A DNA stretch of 64,000 nucleotides. Origin: Octopus bimaculoides (lineage: Eukaryota). The notes below the pieces were generated by a model that worked only from the letters and a program-made list of their open reading frames with translations, was not told where the DNA came from and ran no database searches. Each line of letters opens with the position of its first letter. Position 1 is the first letter of the stretch. The position numbers were made by a program, and so were the translations under genes. Below, one piece after another: positions 1 through 14,800 of the stretch. The stretch lies in contig NC_068985.1 in NCBI RefSeq assembly GCF_001194135.2, forward strand, positions 122,094,759-122,158,758, given 5' to 3'.

Positions 1-345
1 ACCCGGAATTCATTGCTGTACTCATTTCCAACCCTCACCTTACTGGCAGCATCTCTGTACATGGCTCGCACAGCTCTCACTAACCATTCTTCTATCCCAA
101 GTTTCCTCATTGACCACCAGATAAGGGATCGAGGGACCCTGTCGAAGGCTTTCTCCATGTCAACGAAAGCCAGGTACAGAGGTTTATCCTTAGCTAGGTA
201 TTTCTCCTGCAGCTGTCTCACTAGAAATAAGGCATCAGTAGTGCTTTTACCTGGCTTGAACCCAAACTGCATCTCATCTAAATTGATTCGCTCCCTAATT
301 AGTTGGGCTATGACCCTCTCTGTAACTTTCATAACCTGATCTAAC
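1..345 (-). mobile_element. RTE-clade LINE reverse-transcriptase fragment (continues beyond window start)
   Basis: Minus-strand translation reads QVMKVTERVIAQLIRERINLDEMQFGFKPGKSTTDALFLVRQLQEKYLAKDKPLYLAFVDMEKAFDRVPR, containing the QFGF and F(V)D(M)EKAFD motifs of non-LTR RT. Confidence 0.85.
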
Positions 346-1150
346 AGCTTGATGCCTCTGTAATTATTTGTATCTAAAGTGTCCTGCATACATATTGTAT
401 TTGTCTTTTCATATAATGAATAATAATTAATTTTCATTCTGAAAAAACCTGGGAAGCAGTTTTCTAAACCACCGTGCTATCACTAACATCACCTCCAAAA
501 TTGTCTCCTAACAGAATTTTATTTTATATATATCTAGTGAACCATCCATGCATATCTTTGCCTTCTAAATTTTAACTGTTCACAATTTCCTCTTAATTTG
601 CTTGCTTAAGATCACACAGCATCTTATTTTGCTTTCATTGGTGTTATGGATTTTTTCTTTAAATATTTGTAGCCCATGATAAAAAAAAAAATGGTAAGAT
701 ATTTGTTTTTTGTTATAAACTTTAAAATTTATTTTATTGGAAATTTTATAAACATGAATCCAAGATGGATAAAATATGCACAGAACTAATAAGCTGAAGA
801 GGTTTTGATGATATGCTTTACTTAACTGACTCCATACCACAACTGTGTACAAATTTTACAAGTTGATTTTGCACAATTGATTTTGTTGACTTTGATTTAT
901 ACTCCAGATTGTTGCTTGCATATTTCTAAAGATATAAGAAGTAAAAGTATATTTTCAAGACTCCTATGGAGGGATGAAGAATTTGATGTTTTAAAGCCAT
1001 CTCTTCATTTGAGAAGGAAATGCAAAACAAATCTTTCAATTGGTGTTGGAAACTGATGTTCTTAGTTGTTTGTTTTTTTTTCCTTAATATTGTTAACTTT
1101 TGGAGAAATTGGCTTTCTTTCAGCAACCTAGCAATTTCAAAAGTAAAATA

Positions 1151-1546
1151 CTCATGGCTGTGTGGTAAGTTGCTTACTTACCAACCACATGGTTCTGGGT
1201 TCTGTCCCACTGCATGGCACCTTGGGCAAGTGTCTACTACTATAGCCTCAGGCCGACCAAAGCCTTGTGAGTGGATTTGGTAGACGGAAACTGAAAGAAG
1301 CCCATTGTGTATATATATGTATATATATATACATGTATGTATGCGTTTGTGTTTGCCTCCCCCCAATATCGCTTGACAACCGATGCTGGTGTGTTTACGT
1401 CTCCGTCACTTAACAGTTCGGCAAGAGAGACCGATAGAATAAGTACTAGGCTTACAAAGAATAAGTCCTGGGGCGCGATTTGCTTGACTAAAGGCAGTAC
1501 TCCAGCATGGCCGCAGTCAAATGACTGAAACAAATAAAAGAATAAA
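1151..1546 (+). mobile_element. tRNA-derived SINE, family A (near full length)
   Basis: tRNA-like head (GGCTGTGTGGTAAG...GGTTC), central (TA)n tract and tail ending GTCAAATGACTGAAACA. The same sequence recurs at about 36895-37278(-), 53397-54940(+), 61226-61490(-) and in several partial copies. Confidence 0.8.
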
Positions 1547-1813
1547 AGAATTTTATTATCAATCTTTAAAAGTGAAATTTGAATGCAAAGACCTCTTTGA
1601 AAGGATAAATTGCTTAAAATTTTGTGTACCTTTAGTGAAGATTTCATTTTACAGCCTTTTCTGGAAGTTAATTATTTTTTAACAAGGAATATGTCAGACA
1701 TATGTTATATAACAAATATTAACTGGAAAAATATTAAGTATTTGTGTTAAAGCATCGGTTTTATCTAAACAGATTTTCTGCTATAGTTGACCTTTTTTTT
1801 TTCTTTATTTCAG

Positions 1814-4800
1814 TTATTAGGCTTAGAATTACAAACATTGAAGTCAGGCCTAGAAAGGTAAGAATCATTTTCTAAACTTTTATCTATACTTTTTTTATTA
1901 TAAATCATTATCTGTGGAGATAATCTCCCATCAGTTGATATCGATGTTGCTCTGATTTTTTCACTAGGGTATGGGATGATAGCAATAGAAACAATTAAAT
2001 ATGAAATGTTTCTGTGGGCATGTATGCTGCTCCTGTTCTTGTTCGTTGCTCAAACAGGCTTATTTTTCAGAGAGAGCTTATTGAAAATTTAGAAGTTGCA
2101 CTAATTCTATCTTCTAAAAGACGAATAAAACTGGTGACATACTAAAATCAATTCAACTTTTTCTTTCCTTCCTCTCTCACACACACAGACAGAGGAATTT
2201 TCCCTAATCCATATAAATCAAAATTACTATAACCTTGTTGGTATTTCCCGTTTACTTGATTATAATATCTTCACTGGAGACTTATTAAATTTTGTAGAGT
2301 ATAGGGTTTTTTTTGTGCTGCTTCTTATATTTTAAATGACTATGATGCATAAGTTCCTTTGCCGGCTGAATTCCTCCAAGCCATTTTAGTTGTGGCTAAC
2401 ATTAGCTTTTCAACATTAGATTGGATAACTAATTAGTTGTCACATGCTTTGACTGTTATTCTGTATTCTACAAAGCAAAATACTACATGAGCCAGCTAGG
2501 GAAATCTTGTGACCACACTCAACCTGTGAGAAATAGCAGTGAAATCTCTCTTTAATTACACTCTCCTGTTTTCTAAAAGGAAGGGCAGTGGATAATGTAT
2601 AGATACATTGTTTGGAAAGAAAAAAGTTGGGTTGAACATTAGTTTGATTACTTGTCTAGCTTCATCGGGGCTGACCTGAAGCTAAACAACAGAACACTGG
2701 ATTATAGTGTGTACAGAATCATTCCAGAAATTTTTCTTGAGAAAGATACGACAGTAGTTCCCTGTTACCTTCTGCCACTTTACAATTTACTCTTATTGCT
2801 TGCTCTCCCAAGTTTACTCTTGAGGTACAAGGTTTATTTAACTCTTGTGAGATTGCTTCATGTGATGTCCACACACCGGTGTACCTGTGTGACCTATGTC
2901 TAGTTGCCAAACCTCCTCTGAGTCTTGTCTGCCTGAGCCACAGGGCCATCTTCTGTTCGGCTCACAACTGAGGCTTTTGATAGGTACTACCATTCTGGAC
3001 CAGAACAGACTTGGGCATAATGAGCCTTGAGGAGTAACTCATTACTCCCAAAACTGGAGCTTCACCACCAGATCCAGTTTAATGTCTTGAGTTTAATATC
3101 TTTCCTAGACTGGATCATAACCCTTAGCACAAACAATAGTAACTGGATGATATCACTCATGACACATGAATGTAATGGTTTTCGAATCTTATTTTGGTCA
3201 ACTTTACCTCATCTTTCTGGAAGTTAACTGATTAAATAATGTACTAATCAATTGCTGGCTTTGATTTAATCACCAAAACCCTCTTCCAAATCTAGCTATG
3301 TGACTATCTTAGAACCATTATTGTTAGTAGTATTATTTTATTTTTATTTCAGTAATGATGCAAGCACTGAGGAAAGCAAAGTCAAACTTAACAAACTCAA
3401 TACTGTCCTTAACAATGTAATGTTTGAATTAGGCCAGCTAAAAGACTTCCAGTCCACCTATTTGAATTTATTCAAAAATTGTTGTAAAAATGCCACTGCT
3501 TTCCAGTCTGCAGTCAGAGAAGAGGTTTATGCAGCCCTAGTGAAGGTAAATCAAAGATTTTTATATTGTCATCGTCATTATCGCCATTTTGATGTACTTT
3601 TTTATGTCTTACACTTACTGTGGTCTTAGTTACCAGTTCCTTTGTCCTTATTGTCATCTTTTTGACATAGTCATTTCAGTTCTGTCAATTATCAAACAAT
3701 TACATGTCTGTGAATTATTTTCAAAATAGCTCAATGATGAATTTATTTCAAAGTACAAATAATGTTAGTGATTATATGTAAGTAATAAAATATTTACCTT
3801 TTTATTTATTTGTTTAACATTCTTTTTCCATACTAGCAAAAATTTTGACAGGAATGTTGTTTGATCAAGGATTCTACAGCTAGGTGCTCTTCTTTATCTG
3901 TTGTTCAAGTGAGGGTACATTTCATTCCCTGGTTCATTGAAAGTGCAGAGCAACTAGTCCTGATCTTAACAAGGAATGTAAATATCATTCACAGTTTTGC
4001 TTAAGCAAAGTTGTAGGATATCAACCTTGATGCACATTTGTGCACACACATATATGTTTCTGTCTGTGTGTTTATACAAAAGACTTCCACACAATTTCCA
4101 TCTACTACAGTCACTCACAAGACATTATTCAATTCATAGCTATAATAGAATATACTGAATACATAAACAATACTTTCAACTCAATAAGTATGCAACATTT
4201 ATGTTTCTTTGATTGTTTTCATTACCTCCCATTACCACCATCACCACCACCCTCCAAGAGGTTTGAGTGGTTTTCAACGGAATTCCTATATTATTACTGT
4301 GTTACCCTTTAACTTCATACCTGTCTTCTGCTTTGTTGACATTATTGGTATCTTTTAAGTAGCATAAATCATTGAGTATAAAGATAAACTGCTGACAAGT
4401 TTATTTGAAGTTTATCACACTTGTCCTAACTAGCCCTATCCTGTTTTGAAGTTACAGACCTCATGCCTAAATTAGAATTAATTATTATTATTCACTATCA
4501 ATATATCCACTTATTAAATATTCATTTCTTTTCTTTTTACCCATTCATTCTGTAAAGACTCTTGGCAATGATGAAGATGGAGCCCAGTCTGGATCATCTA
4601 ACTACCAAATCTTAACAGCTTGGCTGCACAATAACTACATCAGTCGATCTGAACTTAAAAGTCAGCTTGGTAGTCTTACTGAAACCTTGACTGCAAAACT
4701 GAATGATATGTTGGCCAAAGAGCAAGTGAATAAAACGTTATATCTTGGTGGAGTCACTTCTGGAATTACTGCATCGGTGAGTAGGAGTTTAGTTAACTGC

Positions 4801-6447
4801 GGCCAGTTAAGTTAATCCACAAAATGGACCTTCCTGTATCACATCAAAGAAAATTTTAATCTACTTTTTTTTTTTTTTGTAGGGGGTCCATTTCTGGCTT
4901 TCTAAAGGGAAAATTGTTTTATTTTGTCTTTTTCAGTTTGTTCGGTCATTGGTTGATGAAGCACTGGTGAAATTTAGCGCTGATAAAACTGGTTTGGCTG
5001 ACTATGCCTTAGAATCAGGAGGTAAGTTTGCTTCATTAATTTTGTTATCTGAGTTATAATGTTTATTGTATGTCTGGATTATCGTACTGGGCCTTTGGGT
5101 CAGAGGTGTTGTACAAGAAGCACTCTGCATAAGGCATTTGTGTCTGAAACACTGACTCGGGTTTTTCTGTCTGTGACATAGTACAGGGCATTGCATCTGA
5201 AACACTATGCTAGGCATCTGTGTCCAAAGCACTGTGCTGAGTATTTGTGTTCAAGGTACTTAACACTGTGTAACATTGTATACAAGATAGTCTGCCTGCT
5301 AACATTTTTATGACTTTGATAAGTTGCTGAGTTTTATTATCTAAAATAAACTATCCAACTGTAGGAAGCAGTCATTTCTCTAACTATGATGTTACACAGT
5401 TAAATAAATATAGGAAACCTGAAAGAAATTACTAGTATAAATGAGGAAAAGAATCTTTTTTTTTTTTGAAGCAATATCCATCCATCTGATCACTGTATCT
5501 TATGTAAATTTTATTTTATTCAGGTGGCAGTGTGATAAGCACCAGATGTTCAGAAACTTATGCCAAGAAAACAGCACTCGTTAGCATGTTTGGAATTCCT
5601 CTCTTCTATAAGTCTAATTCTCCGAGGACAGCCATCCAGGTATGTTGTTTTAGCAAACAATTGCAATTCTCTAAAATTAACAATACCTGGCAGTACAAAT
5701 GCCAATGAAGAATAAAGTCTGATTTTCTTCCGAGAACTTCTACATGCTTTTACTAATAATGCAATGGCAATAAACTGCAAGCTAGCTGTTCCATGGTTTC
5801 TATGCTGTCACTGGCACGTGGGATGGCGGGGGGTTAGAAACAGTTACCATTCAGCAGAACAGTTTGAGTCAATATTCTCTTGTTTTTTAAATATGCAAAC
5901 CAGTCCAAATCCCTGCATGAATGTACCAATGAGTAAGTTGGGTTTTGCCCAGTTCTTTGGCCCTAACACACTTCATGAAGTTTACATTGATGTCTTTACA
6001 CCTCATCACCATCAAATGCAAAGGATTCTCAATTGCTGGGACATCTTAACATTTTTTTTAACAGAGTATGAAATTAAATAACAACAAATTAATTCACAAT
6101 TTCATTTTAATGGCTGCTTCAGTGTGTGATGCTTTTTCGTGCCAATGTGTACAGGATGGATCTGCAGAACTGCAGAATGCTACTTCTCTTGGTTTTGCAT
6201 TATCTCATCAACAGGGTTCATCATTTTGATATCTGATCTCAACATTATCCACATACATGTATTTACACGTAACAAATATGTACAAGAATCCCCTGCATTA
6301 TGGAAGTATTGTGTTCTTGAAAATCTGACTATAACAGAAAGTTAAATTTTCCATTGATCTTCATTAACGAAGGAATGTGTTCCAGTGGATTATATTGAAA
6401 AACACAACCACTTATATGCACAATAATAATTTCTAAACATACACAGT

Positions 6448-6481
<34 letters not shown>

Positions 6482-8855
6482 NNNNNNNNNNNNNNNNNNN
6501 NNNNNNNNNNNNNNNNNNNNNNNNNNNNNNNNNNNNNNNNNNNNNNNNNNNNNNNNNNNNNNNNNNNNNNNNNNNNNNNNNNNNNNNNNNNNNNNNNNNN
6601 NNNNNNNNNNNNNNNNNNNNNNNNNNNNNNNNNNNNNNNNNNNNNNNNNNNNNNNNNNNNNNNNNNNNNNNNNNNNNNNNNNNNNNNNNNNNNNNNNNNN
6701 NNNNNNNNNNNNNNNNNNNNNNNNNNNNNNNNNNNNNNNNNNNNNNNNNNNNNNNNNNNNNNNNNNNNNNNNNNNNNNNNNNNNNNNNNNNNNNNNNNNN
6801 NNNNNNNNNNNNNNNNNNNNNNNNNNNNNNNNNNNNNNNNNNNNNNNNNNNNNNNNNNNNNNNNNNNNNNNNNNNNNNNNNNNNNNNNNNNNNNNNNNNN
6901 GGAAAATAACCAAGTTTCAAGAACTCATCAATGAAAATTCACTATCACATATAGAAAAATTAATAATTTATATATATTTTATCTATAAAGCTCAATTTAA
7001 TTTTAATTTTTTATAAATTGATTTTGAGTTTTTACCTGTAATTTTGGATTTTGTCCCTAATATTATTATTTATATATATATATATATGAGAGAGAAAGAG
7101 AAACATTTGAAGAGAAATACATTAAATAAATTAAAATCGCAATATCACCAGCATCTACTTGAATGGCAAAGAATTTATCCAACATTGTGTGATGTTTGTG
7201 GCACATCGTCCCTTTATACAGATCAGTTAGGGATTGAACTCATTGTAAAGTCCTTGTAATAACCCTGTTGGGTTATTGATTACGACAAATACCTATTATA
7301 ATATTGTTTATTAAAAAAAATTAAATCTTATGTGTTTACATTTGCATGTATAACCTGTATATTTTTATTCATCTCCAAATATTTCAGCCTGATGTTAATC
7401 CTGGTGAGTGTTGGGCCTTCAAAGGAAGTATAGGAGTTTTGGTTATTCAACTTTCCCGTTTAGTACGAATCACTGCCTTTAGCATGGAACACATTCCAAA
7501 GTCTATTGCACCTTATGGCCAGATTGACAGTGCTCCAAAGGATTTCTCTGTGTATGTAAGTATCCCATGTGTTGTTATTGCTAATGTTCAGAATGCTCAC
7601 CCATTACACTCTCAGAGTGGTTGATGTTAGGGAGAGCATCAAGTCATAGAAACCATGCCAAGTCAGACTGGGGTCTGGTACAGCCCTCCAGCTTGCCAGC
7701 CCTGGTCAAACCGTCCAACCCATGCCAGCATGGACAACAGACACTAAATGATGATGATTCTTAGGAGAGAAATAGTTGATTATGTTTATTCCAGTAAATA
7801 TTTCTGGAACTTATTTTACAGAGGACACAATCAATCTTGGTGTGATTTTAACCCAGAATACACAAGCATACTTGTATTATATTAAGTATACAATAGATTC
7901 TCTTTGTGAACTTATTCTATCTCTGTAACTGTGCTAGATTGCTGGGAATTTACCATCTATATGTGCACAACACTTTCTAAGACTGACACAGGTCTAACCT
8001 ATGTAGTCATTGTGGGACAATGTGTAGATGCACAACTTTGTGTAACATGACCACCTAGTCCTTAGGTGGTTAGCCTGACAGGTCTAGTTTAAGACCATTA
8101 CATCCTTCAGTGCTTTAGTAGAGTTCCCTCTATTGTAATCATTGAGTCCAGACCCCCTAGTCTCTTTGTCCATACTTTCTTTTCCTGTAGATATTGATAG
8201 ATGTTCACTCTGGGCATCAGTCACACCAGTGTGGGGGAAGCTTGCAAAAGTACCTTCCCAAGGCCTGCAAAGCCCTCCCAGGTAAGTGTGGCTGGCTGAT
8301 TCACTGGCCAAACATTTATAGATCAATGTCTGCTGGAAAAACATGGGGAAGGAGGAACCAAATGTCTAGTTTCCTGCTTGACTCCATCTTCACCTTTTAT
8401 CTAAAAAGAAAGTTTTTGCCATGGAGAAAAGCATAAACATTACAATTATCTTCTTCATAACCACTACTGCCACCACCTGAATTCAATAGAGTTTAGTAGC
8501 TATTGGTTGATACTTCTGATCACTGTAGTTCAAATAACTGACTCTATTTCTTGCACTTGTGTGGAATGTTTTTTTTTTGTTTTTTTTTCTTTGAAATTAT
8601 TAAATTTTGTTATTAACTAACTTTCTACCACTAACATTCTCAACCAACTATTCTCAATAAAATATTCGAGATCAAATTTATTGTTTTTTTTCCCTTTATT
8701 TCCCTTTTTTAAAGAGCCTGAAGGACATTAATGACCAGGAAGGTATAAATCTTGGAAATTACACCTACAGAGAGGATGGAAAACCACTGCAACAATTTCC
8801 TGTCCAAGTATGTAACTAACTAATTTTTATAATTCATTCCTCTCTTCCTTCAGCT

Positions 8856-8889
<34 letters not shown>

Positions 8890-9331
8890 GCACGCACACA
8901 TGCACACGCACCAATTTATCAGATTTTCAACTTTATAATGAGTGTAAGTTTCCCATGCTGGCATGGATCGGATAGTTCAACAGGAGCTTCATGTTTGTTT
9001 TGGCATGGTCTCTACAGCTAGATTCTTTTACACAGCACCAGTATGGGTACTTTTTTTACTATGGTGTTAAAAAAAAATAAATATAATTGATATATTGTAT
9101 TTGTTGTCAATTGCACACCTTCAATTGTTCACTTTTCTGAAGCAAAGAAATTATTTGCATTACAATCTTAATTTTTAAATTTAAGCAAAATGTTTTGTTT
9201 TCTCTCTCTCATTTCAGACACAGGATGCAGCTCCAACTCAATTAGTAGAAGTACGAATAAGCAGTAACTATGGGAACTTGGAATTCACCTGTCTTTACCG
9301 ATTCCGAATCCATGGAGTCCCAGAAAATTAG
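1814..9331 (+). CDS. SUN1: SUN-domain inner nuclear membrane protein (SUN1/SUN2-like), 3' portion
   Basis: Exons 1814-1857, 3353-3545, 4558-4776, 4937-5021, 5524-5639, 7388-7555, 8715-8807, 9218-9331 (TAG), all with AG/GT ends and compatible phases. The translation has a coiled-coil region, then ADKTGLADYALESGGGSVISTRCSETY...PGECWAFKG...MEHIPK...SAPKDFSVY...SNYGNLEFTCLYRFRIHG. The SUN1 vs SUN2 label cannot be resolved (probably a co-orthologue), and the 1814 exon is the least certain. Confidence 0.93.
2480..2700 (+). mobile_element. Short interspersed repeat, family C (ends GGGGCTAAACAAC-type tail)
   Basis: Similar sequence at about 19470-19670, 22620-22810, 23450-23655 and 42830-42960. Boundaries approximate. 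Confidence 0.55.
8150..8440 (+). mobile_element. Degenerate L1/Tx1-like LINE 3' remnant
   Basis: The translation contains FTFYLKRK, resembling the FFKFPLKSK tail of the 32420-32830 copy. Heavily decayed. Confidence 0.35.
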
Positions 9332-11850
9332 CAATATTCATATTCTATTTTTAAAGCTCAAAAATAGGGAGGGTGGGATAAGATTCTAATGTATTTTGTG
9401 TTTTTTTAATTGTATTTCTCGTTTAATGTCTGACTACTGTCATTTTGTCTTGAAGTATTTTAATTGTCCTTGTTATGATTGTTAAATATTTGTCTTTTAA
9501 AAAGTTTATTTATTTTATATAACATTTGTCCAGCTTGTAGTAAACGTGTTATTTTCTTTACCAGTTTGTTTTTCTTGTTAATTAATCTTTCTTTCATAAT
9601 TATTAGCTTTGTCTTTGTCTGTCTCTTCTGGACGTCTTTGTTTGTTTTTGTATCATATAGTCAGTCATTAGTATTACAGTACACTTCGTACAGTAATACA
9701 GGTCGCTAACTCCACACAAGTCTCATATATATAGATATATATATAGTACACTGCTAAATTTGAGGTCAGCCTTCAAGGATGAGCCTTTACTTTTTGTAAT
9801 GGTATCAGTTCCACATGTTGACATTCAGTTTACAGTTTACACTTTACAGGAGGGAAAAGAAATATCACTTGTTTTCCCTCCGTCTTGTTTAATTGAATTA
9901 ATATTTCTAAACCATTACAATGTGTTTGGAAATTTATTGTTGGAATTTGTTATGCTGTTATTTTTATTCTTGTAATATATTTGCTTCATGGTTGTGTCTT
10001 TTTTAACTCACACTGATTCTTCAATCCAATCATTATTATCAGCTTCATTCAATTTCCCCTACACATGAATTTTTGATATCCTAACTGGTACAAGCGCCAT
10101 AGAGTTGAGTAAAAGTTAAGCTCCCAGCAAATTATGTCTGTGATCTATTCTCGACAATCAACTCTCAATACATTAATTATAGTTCACTACATGTCTCACT
10201 AATGTCCTTGAAAAAGATAGGAATCTCATATCACATTTCATTTTCCCTTCCCTATGAAATTGTCTCTCCTGCCTCTGTCAAAAGAGCATTTTAACAATGG
10301 TTAACATTGCCCTGTTAATAATGAGTAACAGTGTAATATTAACAATCAATATTAATCAGTTAACAATGGTTAATTTTGTTGTTAATGTTTATCGGTGCAC
10401 TTTTAACAGTTGTTATCTAATAGTGCAATGTTAACATTGGTTAACAGTGAAATGTTAGTGTTTAACAATTTTCTGTAAACAATGTTCAACAATGCAATTT
10501 AACAATGGTTTAAGTCATTAGCAAATGAAGGATGAGGAGAGAGACTGATCACTTCTCTCTCTCTCTCTCCATCTTTGATTTGTCTTGAAATGAGATAAAA
10601 AGAAGTATCATGTTTTTTTACATATCTTTCATGTTAGTTCCAAAACTAACCATTCCACACCATTATATAATACGGTTTCAGGTTTGTCTTTGTCCTCTCT
10701 CTTTCTCTCCCCCCACCTCTCTCTCTCTCTCCAGCTCTGCAAGAAACCGTTAATACCAGCTTACTAACTATTCATCATGAGTTTACTCATTGTCTTGTAT
10801 TCTAATTATTCATTTTGAACATAAACGCTACTCGTAATAAATATTGTTTGGATTGAAGATGTGGCTATTGAAACACACACACACATATATAAATATAAAA
10901 TGCCATTTAAAACATTGAACATTATTATAATTATGCTTTTTTTTTTTAATTTCATTTTGAAAATTTTACAAATAGGTAACTTTACAAAATGATTTGTAAT
11001 TTATAATCTGTCAACTTTGTTTTGCTATAAAATCCAGTGAAAATGTTTAATCATAAAATACAAACAAAAAAAATTACCATTACTCTTTTTTTTTTTAACT
11101 GAAAACTTTCTGAACTGAAATTATTTATGCAATTTTATTTTTGTTCAACCATCACTTTTTCTGAAATACTGTTTTGTCAACCAAGTTAGTAAATCTTATT
11201 GTTGGCATCTTGCTACTTACATTCATTTTTCTGCAAAATATAGTTACAGAAGGCAGCAACTTCATTTCATAGAGATACATTTCATTACATTACATTCATT
11301 CATTCACTTCATATGTAGAGGAAATGCCTTAATAAAATATTTTGATATTTATATTCTTTTCTTGTTTTTTTTTGTTCTTTTTTTCATTTGTTTGTAAATT
11401 ACCATTTATAATTATGTAGAAGTTCTGTCTATGCTGGAATGAGTTTCCTATTCATATAATATCCTTCCTAATTTTGGCACAAGGGCCAGCAATGTTGAGG
11501 GGAGGGGAAGTTGGTGCTTATTTTATTGATCCTGAAAGGATGAAAAGCAGTCAGCCTCAGTGGCATTTGAACACAGAATGTGAAGAGATAGAACTACTTA
11601 GCAACATCTTATCCTGCATGATGATAATTCTGCCAGCTTACTGTCTTTATTTCTACAAATATCAGATATAACGAATTAAAGGAAGGGTTTCAACACCTAG
11701 ATAAACTGTGAAGTGAGCAATAGTTTTGTTTTATTATTTTTACCCAATATTTGAATTTCAGAATGTTGAAGTGCTTTTAATAAAATACATATTTTGTTTA
11801 AGACAATAAAAGCTACAGTTTGGCCTGGTTTATCAACATTGATATGACTT

Positions 11851-14800
11851 CTATTCTTTTGCATCATTGATTCCTCCTTGTGTGATGGAAAATGTTGCTT
11901 CACTTTCTGGTAGATCTGGGCTGTAAAACATGAAATGCAACAAAATTATTTAAAGAATAAAAAGTTTTGAATGGTACAACAATGCACTATAATACAAAAA
12001 ATGGACTGTATACCTGTTGTAATTTAGTTATCTATAGTCCGATGATATTTCGGAATACAATTCCTTCTTCAGATATTCTTAGATGGAGTCGCTGCTATAA
12101 GTATTTTGACTGGTAAGAACTTAGTTCATATAAATTGGGTTTTCTTTGCAACCAGGTTGATTTTTTTTGTTACATTACCATCATGTCACAGACAGCAGGT
12201 AACTCTGTTGAAGCATTTACAGTATTTCCAGGGGCGGGGGGTATACTATAATGACTCCTAAGTCCATTAGAGGATTTGACAAAACTCTAGCTGATTATAC
12301 AATGTTTTTGTCTCAGTTCTATTGTACCTATCAATGCACAGATAGACTAGGTCAACAATAGTAAATGTCTTGACTATTGACATTGTGCAACACACATTAT
12401 ATATACAAACAATAGCCTTCTGCTCCAATTCCACTTGCAAGTTATTGGTGAACCTGAACAAAAAAGAAGACACTTGCCCAAGGAACTCTGCAGTAGAAGC
12501 TTCAAATTCACAACCAGGTGGTTGTGAAGGTTTAAAATATAGATGGATGGAATATTAAAAAATAAATAAGTTGGATATTCAACTTTAGAAAACTGGAATT
12601 TAATACCTGTCATAGATCTTTGCAATTCTTGTATCTCCTCTTCCTTTACGAAGGTAAACCCTAATGGTGGATGCATGTGCTAGAATGTGTCCACCAATGG
12701 GTTTCTTTGGGTCCCCTTGAAACCTAAATGAAGAAAAAATATTCTCAATCTCTTAAAAGACAATAACTCAATTCATACTAATTTCTAAAATTAAATTTTT
12801 TTTTCTTTAGTTTTCTCTTGATATGTTAAAGTCTGTAATTTGAGTTTTATTTTTATTTGTGACTATTTTATTACACAAGTATCATTGATGAAAGAAAGAG
12901 CATTGATGGGTAACTGTTATGAGGTCAAGTTGTAAGAATGCTATTGCAGATTGTGTTCATATACACTAAGAATAAGTGTGTAGAATTTGTAAGGCATTGA
13001 GAAACTAAACATTTTGAGTATAGCCCTTCATTAAAAAAAAAAACATAAAAAATTTTTTTATAATATTACTGTGCACCTGTGGTGAGAGAGGGAGTACCCA
13101 GGTAAAGAAAAAAAATATAAGCCAGAGTAATGAAGTAGGGAAGGGACAACATTTAAGAAGTTAAACAATATAGAAATAGTTGCAGGTTGGACAGTGTTTG
13201 TAGTCCGTCTCGAACACCCTACTGTCCACTCTCCATCCTTCATTCTGACCACTAGACACATTTTGTAAAACCCTTCTTATCTAGTTATCCCCTATCTACC
13301 TCTGCACCTTCTTCAAATTGATCTTGGTGCTACTATAAACATTTGGAAATATTTCTCTCTCCCACAAAGAGCTTTGCTAAATGTCAGTATTCTTGACTAA
13401 CCACAATATACAAACTTTAGTAAATCGTTTATTCAGATGCAAACCACCACTATTTTCAACAACACTCTGGTTTCTATTTGCAATTTTATATACGTGAAAA
13501 CAATTCTCTGGCATTGCTAAAACAAACTGCAGAACATTAGAGTAGTTATTGCTTTCTCAATTATCACAGGAGTAGTTAAATTCTACACTCCAAACTAACA
13601 AATCATCTATGAACAGGGAACGTCTAGAAATAAGCTAATTCTCCCTGAAAACACTCCACCCTCTTAGAAAAGAACACATTCAAGTATGTGTCTTGCTAAA
13701 AATTGATGGTAATTAAAGCTGGAATGCATTTGACTATAAATCTATTTGATTAAAGTCATCTTGGATTATTTCTAATTCTGATTACTTACAGCTGTGAACT
13801 CTTATCACTCTAGTACCTACTTATAACTATGAGGTTAACTTTTGAGGTGTGTAGAAAATATAAATTCAACCAAAGACATTATGGAGACTAAATTATAAAA
13901 TTGTTTTACTCTATAATAATTGTAGTGTAGAAAAACCTATTTTGTTTCAATAAATTAATGTATCAAGCCTAATCAATATAAAGATAAAAGTTTTCAATTT
14001 TTAATGTCAGGAATATGAAAAACTGAAATGGCATATACAGAAATAAACAGCATTTATATTGTTGCTATAAGCTGCTTCTGCTATCAGCAAATATGTAAAA
14101 TCATGGATTTATTCAACAATTGTATATTAAATCCTTGGATGCAAGTTCATATTGCTGCCTGCTATTAATATAGTTTTCCCTTCAGAATGAGAGATCCACT
14201 TCATGCATATCTTGACCATGGACACAACCCAGTATTGGGTACCACTAGCCTCACAGTAGGTATGCTAATATGCTGCGAACTATGAGATAAGCTCCAAGTT
14301 AACAGACACTGTAATTGGATTTTAATCCTTGGTTAAAACCAATTCATCTCATATATAGCTTTTGTTCTTGGGAAATTGTTGTTTGTCACAATATCTCATT
14401 TTCTTTCTTCCCCTTTTCCCTTCCATAGGTCTTGGGCAGTGAAACATGGGCTGTAACTGCTGAGGACATACGTAAGCTCGCAAGGAATGAAGCCAGTATG
14501 CTCCGTTGGATGTGTAATGTCAATGTGAATACCCGTCAGAGTGTAAGTATCTTGAGAGAAAAGCTGAACATTAGAAGCATCAGTTGTGGCGTGCAAGAGA
14601 GACGATTGCGCTGGTATGGACATGTGGTGAGAATGGAGGAGGATAGCTGCGTGAAAAAGTGCCACACCCTAACAGTTGAGGGAACCCGTGGAAGAGGTAG
14701 GCCCAGGAAGACCTGGGCTGAGGTGGTGAGGCAAGACCTTCGTACATTGGGCCTCACCGAGGCGATGACTACGGACCNNNNNNNNNNNNNNNNNNNNNNN

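Noticed and set aside
6329-6920. Long ORFs containing X runs (also about 14.5-15.1, 27.0-28.5, 33.9-34.6, 35.3-36.3 and 61.5-61.8 kb)
   Set aside because: Artefacts of N-gaps at 6482-6900, 14778-14983, 27376-28290, 33925-34480, 35452-36209 and 61552-61754.
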